A program made the translations under genes and the position numbers. From an uncultured Rhodovibrionaceae bacterium (lineage in GTDB: Bacteria; Pseudomonadota; Alphaproteobacteria; Kiloniellales; DSM-21159), in NCBI GenBank assembly GCA_963976695.1, contig CAXBMB010000003.1, forward strand, positions 27,415 through 91,414: a DNA stretch of 64,000 nt. The letters are read 5' to 3'. Below, in pieces: positions 36,119 through 45,644 of this stretch (positions within the stretch are counted from its first letter, which is position 1; every line of letters starts with the position of its first letter). A model generated the notes under the pieces. The model did no database searches. It was not told the DNA's origin and was given only the letters and a program-made list of their open reading frames with translations.

Positions 36119-36358
36119 CCCGTCGGGAGGCGGCGATGATGGTCCCGGCCGGATGGCGACAGGCCAGAACGCCGGCGCGGTTGCGGGCCGCCCTGTCGAG
36201 AGGGCGCCGGCGGCGCGCAGGCGCTCGCGACCTGGAAGCAGGTCGGGGGCAGGGACCCGAAAGCAGGTCGGCGCACCAAAGCGCTGTCCCGGGATAAGCA
36301 GCGTTGAGGCTTGGGAGGACCGGGTTTCAGCCGATAGGATCGGAGAGTTTTGGGCTAA

Positions 36359-37447
36359 ATGTCACTCAAGCTAGAAGCCGTGACCAAGCAAGTCGGACGC
36401 CAGACGCATCTGCATGCGATGTCTCTTGAATTTGATGCCGGCTCATTGAACGTATTGCTGGGGCCGACCTTGTCGGGAAAAACCTCGTTGATGCGGATGA
36501 TGGCGGGGCTGGACAGACCCAGCAGCGGCCGACTTTTCATGAATGGCGAAGATGTCACCGGCGTGCCCGTGCAGCGTCGCAACGTGGCCATGGTCTATCA
36601 GCAGTTCATCAACTATCCGGTGTTCACGGTTTACGACAACATTGCCTCGCCCCTGCGGCTGGCCAGGACGCCGCGAGCGGAAATCGATCGCAAGGTGCGG
36701 GAAGCGGCGGAGCTGTTGAAGCTGACTCCCATGCTGGAGCGCATGCCGTTGGAGCTTTCCGGAGGCCAGCAGCAGCGCACCGCTTTGGCGCGCGCTTTGG
36801 TCAAGCAAGCTGAATTGGTTCTGCTGGACGAGCCGCTGGCCAATCTGGACTACAAGCTGCGCGAGGAACTGCGGGCCGAGTTGCCGCGCATTTTCGAGGC
36901 TTCGGGCGCGATCTTTGTCTATGCCACCACCGAGCCTTCCGAGGCCTTGCTGCTGGGCGGCAACACGGTCTGCCTTCACCAAGGTCAAGCCACCCATTTC
37001 GGCCCGACCCTGGAGCTTTACCGCCAGCCCAATTCGCTGCTGACCGCCATGACCATGAGCGATCCGCCGTTGAACACCAAGGCGGTGACCAAAAAAGGCG
37101 ACCAGCTGATTTTCAGCAGCGACTTTCAGGTCCAGGCCGGCACGGCGGCGGCCGGGTTGGCGGACGGTCGCTATACCGTTGGGTTCCGGCCCTATCATCT
37201 TTACCTGGACCGGAACCGGCAAGAGTGGGTGCGCTTTTCCGCCAAGGTGGCGGTCAGTGAAATCACCGGGTCGGAGAGCTTCATCCACATCGATGCGTTC
37301 GGCGAACGCTGGGTCGCGTTGGCGCACGGGGTGCGCAACGTGGACGTCGATCAGACAATCGAGCTGTTTCTCGACCCGACACAATTTTTCCTCTTTGCCG
37401 AGGACGGAACCCAAGTGGCGGTTCCCGATGCGACGGCAAAGGCTTGA
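36359..37447 (+). CDS. ABC transporter ATP-binding protein 1 (glycerol-type carbohydrate importer)
   Basis: Walker A GPTLSGKTS, signature LSGGQQQRTALARA, Walker B LVLLDEPLANLD. Confidence 0.88.
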   Translation: MSLKLEAVTKQVGRQTHLHAMSLEFDAGSLNVLLGPTLSGKTSLMRMMAGLDRPSSGRLFMNGEDVTGVPVQRRNVAMVYQQFINYPVFTVYDNIASPLRLARTPRAEIDRKVREAAELLKLTPMLERMPLELSGGQQQRTALARALVKQAELVLLDEPLANLDYKLREELRAELPRIFEASGAIFVYATTEPSEALLLGGNTVCLHQGQATHFGPTLELYRQPNSLLTAMTMSDPPLNTKAVTKKGDQLIFSSDFQVQAGTAAAGLADGRYTVGFRPYHLYLDRNRQEWVRFSAKVAVSEITGSESFIHIDAFGERWVALAHGVRNVDVDQTIELFLDPTQFFLFAEDGTQVAVPDATAKA

Positions 37448-37459
37448 GGGAGGGGACCG

Positions 37460-38545
37460 ATGGCTAGAATTCATCTGAAAGACCTGGCCCATTCCTATTT
37501 GGCCTATCCGCAGGGTCCGGAAGACTACGCGTTGAAACATCTCGACATCGCCTGGGAAGACGGCGGCGCCTATGCGCTGCTGGGTCCTTCGGGCTGTGGG
37601 AAGACGACGCTGCTGAACATCATTTCAGGGCTGTTGACCCCCAGCAAGGGGCAGGTCTTTTTCGGTGATCAGGACGTCGCCAACCTGCCGACCGATCAGC
37701 GCAACATCGCCCAGGTCTTCCAGTTCCCGGTGGTCTACGACACCATGACGGTGTACCAGAATCTGGCCTTTCCCCTGAAAAACCGGGGCGTGCCGGCGGC
37801 GGAGATCGACAGCCGGGTGCGGCGCATCGCCGAGCTGCTGGAGTTGAGCGACAGCTTGAAGCGGCGGGCCAGCGGCCTGACCGCCGACGCCAAGCAGAAA
37901 ATTTCCCTGGGCCGGGGCCTGGTGCGTTCAGACGTGGCGGCCATTCTTTTCGACGAGCCGCTGACGGTGATCGACCCGCACCTTAAATGGCAACTGCGCT
38001 CCCAGCTCAAACATCTGCACCGCGAATTTGATCACACCATGATTTATGTGACCCACGATCAAACCGAAGCCCTGACCTTCGCGGACAAAGTGGTGGTGAT
38101 GTACGAGGGCGAGGTGGTGCAGGTGGGGACGCCGCAGGAGCTTTTTGAACGGCCGGCCCATACCTTCGTCGGTTATTTCATCGGCTCGCCGGGCATGAAT
38201 ATCCTGCCCTGCCAGATCGCGGGCCGCCAGGCGGTTGTCGCCGGCGCGCCGCTGACCCTGCCCCAGGCGGTGACCGCGCCCCAGGGGGCAAAAAACCTGG
38301 AGCTGGGCGTGCGGCCGGAGTTCGTCCGGCTGTGCAACGACGGTGAGACCGGACTGCCGGTTCATATCGTCAAGGTTGAGGATGTGGGGCGGCATCGAAT
38401 TGTCCACGCCGATCTGAAAGGCCATGACGTCAAGCTGATGGTGCCGGAAGGCCAGCCGGTGCCGCAGGAGGGGGTCTCCATCCAGTTCGACCCGGCCGGA
38501 ATTAACATCTATGCCGATAGCCACCTAATCGAGATGGAGGGCTGA
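37460..38545 (+). CDS. ABC transporter ATP-binding protein 2 (degenerate signature motif)
   Basis: Walker A GPSGCGKTT, Walker B AILFDEPLTVID. The LSGGQ position reads LTADAKQKISLGR. Confidence 0.88.
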   Translation: MARIHLKDLAHSYLAYPQGPEDYALKHLDIAWEDGGAYALLGPSGCGKTTLLNIISGLLTPSKGQVFFGDQDVANLPTDQRNIAQVFQFPVVYDTMTVYQNLAFPLKNRGVPAAEIDSRVRRIAELLELSDSLKRRASGLTADAKQKISLGRGLVRSDVAAILFDEPLTVIDPHLKWQLRSQLKHLHREFDHTMIYVTHDQTEALTFADKVVVMYEGEVVQVGTPQELFERPAHTFVGYFIGSPGMNILPCQIAGRQAVVAGAPLTLPQAVTAPQGAKNLELGVRPEFVRLCNDGETGLPVHIVKVEDVGRHRIVHADLKGHDVKLMVPEGQPVPQEGVSIQFDPAGINIYADSHLIEMEG

Positions 38546-38548
38546 CCC

Positions 38549-39420
<872 letters not shown>

Positions 39421-39424
<4 letters not shown>

Positions 39425-40233
39425 CGTTGATGATATTCCGTCTGAAATGGCTGACGCCAACTCTTTACATCATCTTCTTGCTGTTGCCGATCTATTGGTT
39501 GCTCAACATGTCGTTGAAGACCAATCAGGAAATTTTGTCGCTCTTTTCGCTGTGGCCGGAGAACCCGACCCTGGAGAACTATCGCACGATCTTTTCCGAT
39601 CCTTCCTGGTACAGCGGCTACATCAATTCCATCACCTACGTGGTGATGAACACCGTGCTGTCGGTGGCGGTGGCGTTGCCGGCGGCCTATGCTTTTTCGC
39701 GCTACAGCTTCCTTGGCGACAAGCATCTGTTCTTCTGGCTGCTGACCAACCGGATGGCGCCGCCGGCGGTCTTCGCGCTGCCGTTTTTCCAGCTTTATTC
39801 GTCGGTTGGGCTGTTCGATACCCATATCGCGGTGGCCTTGGCGCACACGCTGTTTAACGTGCCGCTGGCGGTCTGGATCCTGGAAGGCTTCATGTCCGGC
39901 GTGCCCAAGGAGGTGGATGAGACCGCCTATATCGACGGCTACTCTTTCCCACGCTTTTTCGTTCGCATCTTCATGCCCTTGATCGCCAGCGGCATCGGCG
40001 TGGCGGCCTTCTTCACCTTCATGTTTTCTTGGGTGGAGCTGTTGCTGGCCCGCACCTTGACCTCTGTGGAGGCCAAGCCGATTTCGGCGGTGATGACCCG
40101 CACGGTCGGCGCGGCGGGCGTGGATTGGGGCGTGCTGGCGGCGGCGGGCATTTTGACCATCATTCCCGGCGCGCTGGTTATTTGGTTCGTTCGCAATCAC
40201 ATCGCCAAGGGTTTCGCCCTTGGGCGGGTCTAG
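39421..40233 (+). CDS. ABC transporter permease 2 (carbohydrate uptake type)
   Basis: The GTG start overlaps the upstream stop (GTGA). EAA-like loop: ETAYIDGYSFPRFFVRIFMP. Confidence 0.88.
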
Positions 40234-40248
40234 CAGAAGGACAGCCCG

Positions 40249-40530
40249 ATGGACTTTTCTTGGATGGCCTGGACCTGGCCGACAGCCGCTTTCTTTATCT
40301 TCATTGCCCTGCTGATCTTCAGCATGGGCGTTTGGGAGTATTTTAGCCCGGGGGGAGGTCCCCGGGTGGGTATTCTGCGCTTCGAGACGACAAGGGGCGA
40401 TCGCCTGTTTCTCTCGCTGCTGGGCAGTGCCTTTATTCATCTTGCTTGGCTGGGCTTTGTCGGCTCGGCTTTGTGGTGGGCCGTGCCGCTTTCCTTGGTT
40501 TACGCGTACTTCGTTTTCCGTTGGGTTTGA
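40249..40530 (+). CDS. Small membrane protein, DUF2160 family
   Basis: 93 aa with two or three hydrophobic segments. Its position between the permease and binding-protein genes matches Rhizobium-type glycerol ABC loci. Confidence 0.7.
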   Translation: MDFSWMAWTWPTAAFFIFIALLIFSMGVWEYFSPGGGPRVGILRFETTRGDRLFLSLLGSAFIHLAWLGFVGSALWWAVPLSLVYAYFVFRWV

Positions 40531-40635
40531 GGCCACGGCTGCAGGAGAGGGGCGCCCGGTCGGGCGCTCGAGTGGGTAACGATAAAAATCAGTTCAATCG
40601 CTGACAGTTGAACAGTTGAACTTTGGAGGAAGACA

Positions 40636-42339
40636 ATGAGACGGATGTTGCTCGCCTCGGCGGCCGCTATGGTTATGTTCGTGGCCTCGGGATCGGCCAT
40701 GGCCGATATCGAAGCCGCCAAAAAGTGGATTGAAGAATTTCAACCCTCGACGCTCAGCAAAGCCGAGCAGTTGAAGGAAATGGAGTGGTTCATCAAGGCC
40801 GCTGAACCCTACAAGGGTATGGAAATCAACGTGGTGTCCGAGACCATCGCGACCCACGAATATGAAAGCCAGCAGCTTGCCAAGGCCTTCAGTGAAATCA
40901 CCGGCATCAAGCTTACCCATGATCTGATCGGCGAAGGAGACGTGATTGAAAAGCTCCAGACCCAGATGCAGTCCGGCAAGAATATTTACGACGCCTACGT
41001 CAACGATTCCGATCTGATCGGCACCCACTATCGCTATAACCAGGTCGTGCCGATCTCGGACTGGATGGCCGGCGACGGCAAGGCTGTCACCCTGCCGACC
41101 CTGGACGTTGACGACTTCATCGGCAAGTCCTTCACCACGGCGCCGGACGGCAAGCTCTATCAGTTGCCCGATCAGCAGTTCGCCAATCTCTACTGGTTCC
41201 GCTATGACTGGTTCACCGACCCGGACCTCAAAGCGCGGTTCAAAGCCAAATACGGCTATGAGCTGGGGGTGCCGGTTAACTGGTCGGCCTATGAGGATAT
41301 CGCCAATTTCTTCACCAACGACGTGAAGGAAATCGACGGTAAGCCGGTATATGGCCACATGGATTACGGCAAGAAGGACCCGTCGCTGGGCTGGCGCTTC
41401 ACCGATGCCTGGCTGTCGATGGCCGGGGCCGGCGACAAGGGCATTCCCAACGGCCTGCCGGTTGATGAGTGGGGCATCCGGGTCGAGGGCTGCAACCCTG
41501 TCGGCTCCTCGGTGTCGCGCGGCGGCGCCACCAATGGTCCGGCTGCGGTCTACTCGGTTGACCGCTATGTGGACTGGCTGAAGAAGTACGCCCCGCCTTC
41601 CGCGCCGGGCATGACCTTTGGTGAAGCCGGTCCGGTGCCGGCGCAAGGGGCTATCGCGCAGCAGATCTTCTGGTACACCGCCTTTACCGCGGCCTTGGTC
41701 GAGCCGGGCTTGCCGGTGATGAACGAGGATGGCACGCCGAAGTGGCGCATGGCTCCCTCGCCGCACGGCGCTTACTGGGAAGAAGGCCAAAAGCTTGGCT
41801 ATCAGGACGCCGGTTCCTGGACCTTGTTGAAGTCCACGCCGGTTGAGCGCCGCAGCGCCGCTTGGCTCTACGCCCAGTTCACGGTCTCCAAGACCGTGTC
41901 GCTGAAGAAAAGTCATGTCGGTCTGACCTTCGTGCGTGAAAGCGATATTCAGGATCCTTCCTTCACCGAACGGGCGCCCAAGCTTGGCGGGCTGATCGAG
42001 TTCTACCGCTCGCCGGCGCGTCTGCAGTGGTCGCCCACCGGCACCAATGTTCCCGACTATCCCAAGTTGGCGCAGCTTTGGTGGCAGAACATCGGCGACG
42101 CGTCGTCGGGCGCTAAGACTCCGCAGGCGGCGATGGACGCCTTGGCGGCGGCGCAGGATAAGGTCATGGCCCGGATCGAGCGCTCTGGCGTTCAGGGGGC
42201 CTGCGGTCCCAAGCTCAACGAAGAGCGCGATCCGGAATATTGGCTGAATCAACCGGGATCGCCGAAAGCCAAGCTGGCCAACGAGAAGCCCCAGGGCATC
42301 ACCGTTGACTATGACGAGTTGATCAAGAGCTGGCAGTAA
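40636..42339 (+). CDS. ABC transporter extracellular solute-binding protein (large family-1 type, glycerol locus)
   Basis: RBS GGAGGAAG. Signal peptide MRRMLLASAAAMVMFVASGSAMA. 567 aa. Confidence 0.85.
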   Translation: MRRMLLASAAAMVMFVASGSAMADIEAAKKWIEEFQPSTLSKAEQLKEMEWFIKAAEPYKGMEINVVSETIATHEYESQQLAKAFSEITGIKLTHDLIGEGDVIEKLQTQMQSGKNIYDAYVNDSDLIGTHYRYNQVVPISDWMAGDGKAVTLPTLDVDDFIGKSFTTAPDGKLYQLPDQQFANLYWFRYDWFTDPDLKARFKAKYGYELGVPVNWSAYEDIANFFTNDVKEIDGKPVYGHMDYGKKDPSLGWRFTDAWLSMAGAGDKGIPNGLPVDEWGIRVEGCNPVGSSVSRGGATNGPAAVYSVDRYVDWLKKYAPPSAPGMTFGEAGPVPAQGAIAQQIFWYTAFTAALVEPGLPVMNEDGTPKWRMAPSPHGAYWEEGQKLGYQDAGSWTLLKSTPVERRSAAWLYAQFTVSKTVSLKKSHVGLTFVRESDIQDPSFTERAPKLGGLIEFYRSPARLQWSPTGTNVPDYPKLAQLWWQNIGDASSGAKTPQAAMDALAAAQDKVMARIERSGVQGACGPKLNEERDPEYWLNQPGSPKAKLANEKPQGITVDYDELIKSWQ

Positions 42340-42530
42340 GCGGCCGGACCGCTTTCATCTTTTTGCGCTTGCTCCGGCGGCGATAAAGATTGAAAGGGGA
42401 TGAAAAGGCCCGCGCTGTCGGAACCGGATTGCCGGGATTGCATTGCCGGGGATCGGGTGCCGGGATTGGGTGTCGGGCCTTTAGCTAAAGTTCCTCCCGC
42501 TGTGCCTCAATTTCCGCTGAGGGGCAGCAG

Positions 42531-42566
42531 AAACGGGCGTCGCTTGTGCGGCGCCCGTTTTTTTTG
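42531..42566 (+). terminator. Rho-independent terminator of the glycerol operon
   Basis: Stem aacgggcg / cgcccgtt followed by a U-tract of 8-9 T. Confidence 0.85.
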
Positions 42567-42835
42567 TGCGGTGAACCCTGCGCCCTCTCCGATCCCGCCG
42601 GCTCGCATCGGCTTAGCCTGAATCGGCTTTGCCGAGGTCGCGGATGGACGTGCAAGGTGGTCGTGAGCGCGCTATTCTGGCGCCATGATCGCGCTTACAA
42701 CCTCCCCCCGACTTCAGCGCCGCGTCCTGCGCACGCCGGGGCACCCTTTCGGCAAGATACAGTGCTGGTGGCCGCCGCCCCGGGCGGCCTGATTGCCGCG
42801 CCGAGATTCTTCCATGTAATGCAAGGTCAAGACCG

Positions 42836-44011
42836 ATGTCTTTCCTGTCGAATTCCCAATCCGATCACCAATCCAATTTCCGGTCCCAGTCGTCCCAACC
42901 GCCTTTGGCGGCGGTTGAAGCGCAGGCCCCCTTCCTGAAGCTTACCTGGGCCGATGGCCTCAGCGCCGACTATCTTTATCTCTGGCTGCGCGACAACTGC
43001 CCCAGCGGCTTTCACCCCCAGACCAAGGAGCGGACGTTCGATCTGCTGTCGGTCAGCGATGACCTCGCCCCGCTGGCGAGCTGGCTGGAGGACGGCGATT
43101 TGGTTATCGACTGGCGTGAAGGCGGCCACCGGTCCCGCTTTGCCGGCGCGTGGTTGCGCGCGCATCGGCCCGGGACAAGTCGACCCGACCCGGCCAGTCC
43201 CTCGCCGCGGCTTTGGGATCGGGAAAGCCTCGGCCAGATCCCCCAGGCCGATGCGTTCCTGCTCTGCGACAGCGACGCGGCCTTGTTGGACTGGATGCGC
43301 TCCTTCGCCGACAGCGGGCTGGCGCTGGTGACCGGCCTTGGCGACGATCCGGCGTTCAGCCGGGCGGTCGGCGAGCGGGTGGGGTTCCTGCGCCGCACCA
43401 ACTTCGGTCTGGACTTCTCGGTCGAGAGCAAGGCCGATCCGAATAATCTCGCCTATACCGCCCTGGCGCTGCAACTGCACACCGATCTTTCGAATCAGGA
43501 GTTGCCGCCGGGCTATCAGTTTCTTCATTGTCAAACCAACCAGGCCGAAGGCGGCGGGTCGCTTTTCGCCGACGGCTACAAGATTATCGAGGATTTGCGC
43601 CAGCAACACCCCCAGGCCTTCAAGGTGCTGTCCGAAACCGCGATTTCCGCGCGCTTTCACGATCAAGACTGCGACCTGCACATTCACCGGCCGGTCATCG
43701 GCCTGGACAGCCGAGGCCAGGTCAAGGATCTGCGGTTCAACGCCCATCTGGTGGATGTGCTGGACCTGCCGTCGGCGCAGATGGCGCTGTTCTACCCGGC
43801 CTATCGGGAGCTGATGCGGCGGGTTCGCGCACCGGCCTATCGGGTCGAATTGATGCTGCAGGCCGGGCAGATGGTGGTGTTCGACAACCGCCGGGTGCTG
43901 CATGGCCGGGCGGCTTTCGATCCCGGCACGGGCCGCCGCCGGCTCTCTGGCTTTTATGTCGACCGCGGCGAGTTCGACAGCCGGTTGCGGACCCTGGCGC
44001 GACAGCCCTAG
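42836..44011 (+). CDS. Fe(II)/2-oxoglutarate dioxygenase of the gamma-butyrobetaine hydroxylase / trimethyllysine hydroxylase type (DUF971 N-domain + TauD fold)
   Basis: N-domain: LKLTWADGLSADYLYLWLRDNCP...HRSRFAGAWLRAH. Facial triad LQLHTDLS plus a distal His in RRVLHGRAAF. Confidence 0.75.
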   Translation: MSFLSNSQSDHQSNFRSQSSQPPLAAVEAQAPFLKLTWADGLSADYLYLWLRDNCPSGFHPQTKERTFDLLSVSDDLAPLASWLEDGDLVIDWREGGHRSRFAGAWLRAHRPGTSRPDPASPSPRLWDRESLGQIPQADAFLLCDSDAALLDWMRSFADSGLALVTGLGDDPAFSRAVGERVGFLRRTNFGLDFSVESKADPNNLAYTALALQLHTDLSNQELPPGYQFLHCQTNQAEGGGSLFADGYKIIEDLRQQHPQAFKVLSETAISARFHDQDCDLHIHRPVIGLDSRGQVKDLRFNAHLVDVLDLPSAQMALFYPAYRELMRRVRAPAYRVELMLQAGQMVVFDNRRVLHGRAAFDPGTGRRRLSGFYVDRGEFDSRLRTLARQP

Positions 44012-44090
44012 CGACCCGGGCGAGGGCGTCGGACTTTCGCCCCGGGGCGGCTGTCGGTCGGACCGGTTGGTCTTGGCGCAACAAAAAATC

Positions 44091-44125
44091 AGGGCCGTCT
44101 TTGGCCGGGCGGCCCTTGTTTTTTT
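44091..44125 (+). terminator. Rho-independent terminator after the dioxygenase gene
   Basis: Stem agggccg / cggccct with a 12-nt loop, followed by tgttttttt. An A-run precedes the stem, so it may work in both directions. Confidence 0.8.
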
Positions 44126-44271
44126 CAGCCGGGCGGCGCATCTGAAGGCGCGTGCTGCTGAAGATGGCGGCGCGCCTTATCCTCCGGGGCCGGTCGGGTC
44201 CCGCAACCGAGCGTGGGTGCAGCAAGCGCGTCGGCGGACACGCCGGTTTCGCGCCGCTGCCGCGCGCGCCG

Positions 44272-44775
44272 ATGGAGAAAATCGTGAAGCTGCTGTTCAA
44301 AGTCCCCGCCGCCCTCGCCCTGTTGCTTGCCTTGCCGCTGTTGTTTGCGGCGATCCCGACCAAGGCGGAGGAGATCGGCGAAGTCAGCACAGAGTTCAAG
44401 TGGATCGGGCCCAATCACAAAATCGTCGTGGAGGCTTTCGACGATCCCGACGTGCCGGGGGTGACTTGCTATGTCAGCCGCTCCAAGAAGGGCGGGATCA
44501 CCGGCGGCTTGGGTCTGGCCGAGGAAACCTCCGACGCCAATCTGGCCTGTCGCCAGGTCGGGCCGATCACCCTGCCGGCCAATATAAAGGAGCAGGACGG
44601 CGCGAAGGTTTTCCAGGAACGCCGGTCCCTGGTGTTTAAATCCCTGCAGGTGGTGCGTTTCTATGATCAGAAGCGCAACGTGCTGGTTTATCTGGTTTAT
44701 TCCGACAAGGTGATTGATGGGTCACCGAAAAATTCGGTCTCGGCCGTGGCCGTGGCTCCGTGGTTGGGCTCCTGA
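44272..44775 (+). CDS. creA: CreA family protein (periplasmic, unknown function)
   Basis: Signal peptide [26 protein letters not shown]. Conserved CreA core: [34 protein letters not shown]. Confidence 0.8.
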   Translation: MEKIVKLLFKVPAALALLLALPLLFAAIPTKAEEIGEVSTEFKWIGPNHKIVVEAFDDPDVPGVTCYVSRSKKGGITGGLGLAEETSDANLACRQVGPITLPANIKEQDGAKVFQERRSLVFKSLQVVRFYDQKRNVLVYLVYSDKVIDGSPKNSVSAVAVAPWLGS

Positions 44776-44885
44776 CCTCGCGATCGCCTGACCTGCGGAT
44801 CTGCTGATCTGCCGAGCCGGCGGGCGAGCCAGACCGCGACCGGCCGCCTTCCGAAAGTCCTGCTCCCGGCTGCCGCCGCCGCCGG

Positions 44886-45140
44886 TCAGGCGATCCGTGG
44901 CAAGGGCAGGCCGGGTTGCAGCGGCAGGCCCGCCAAGGTCGGCGCGCCGCGCCAGGTCAGCACAAAGGCAACGGAGTTGGAAAGCCTGTTGGCCTTTAGG
45001 CGGGCCTGCACCCGCGCCACCAACGCCTTGACATCTTCGGCCTGCAGGCGGTCCCGCTTCAGAATTAGGGCAAAGAGGCTGTCGCTGTAAATTTCTTCGA
45101 GACGGGGTTCGTCGCCAGCGTTGCTCCATCGTTCAGCCAT
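44886..45140 (-). CDS. Small hypothetical protein (84 aa)
   Basis: The ORF has a purine-rich upstream region (gaaggaacaggaag-ATG) and gene-like codon bias. I recognise no family. Confidence 0.4.
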   Translation of the reverse strand: MAERWSNAGDEPRLEEIYSDSLFALILKRDRLQAEDVKALVARVQARLKANRLSNSVAFVLTWRGAPTLAGLPLQPGLPLPRIA

Positions 45141-45497
45141 CTTCCTGTTCCTTCGTCACATCTACCAAGGACGCATATCTAGGGATCTCCGGTGTCGGCG
45201 CGGTGACAACCTTGTGGCGGAAAAATGACGACCGGGCCCACCTTGAAATTGTCACAGCTGCGGCAGACCTCCAACCGCTGCGCCGGATGATCGAACGCGC
45301 GCCATCACGCGCCAGTCGGATGACAGGCGCCGGATCGACCTGGACGGCGGCGCACAGCGTCAGTTTGAAGCGGTCAGCCTCTAAGGGAAAATTAACCAAA
45401 AAAGGCGAAAGTCGCCGATGATATTTTTCTAATCCGGCAGAGGCCTGTCTCATGCAGCCTTGGCCAAACGGTGGAGACGAGGCGGGTGCGGGTGGAC

Positions 45498-45535
45498 AGC
45501 GGAAAAAACAAGCGGAAAAACAAGCGGAAAACCAC
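45498..45535. repeat. 12-13-bp tandem repeat x3 (AGCGGAAAAAACA)
   Basis: agcggaaaaaaca / agcggaaaaaca / agcggaaaaccac. This argues that the first 58 codons of ORF 45471..47735 are non-coding. Confidence 0.9.
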
Positions 45536-45644
45536 GCAACCGGTGGCGCGGCCGCCAAAGTTCGAGGAGGGGTGGAGCGTCCTGCCGCCGAAAAACAGTG
45601 GCGAACCCTTTCTGCGGCGCAAGGGCGACAGCTTGCTGGAGCTG

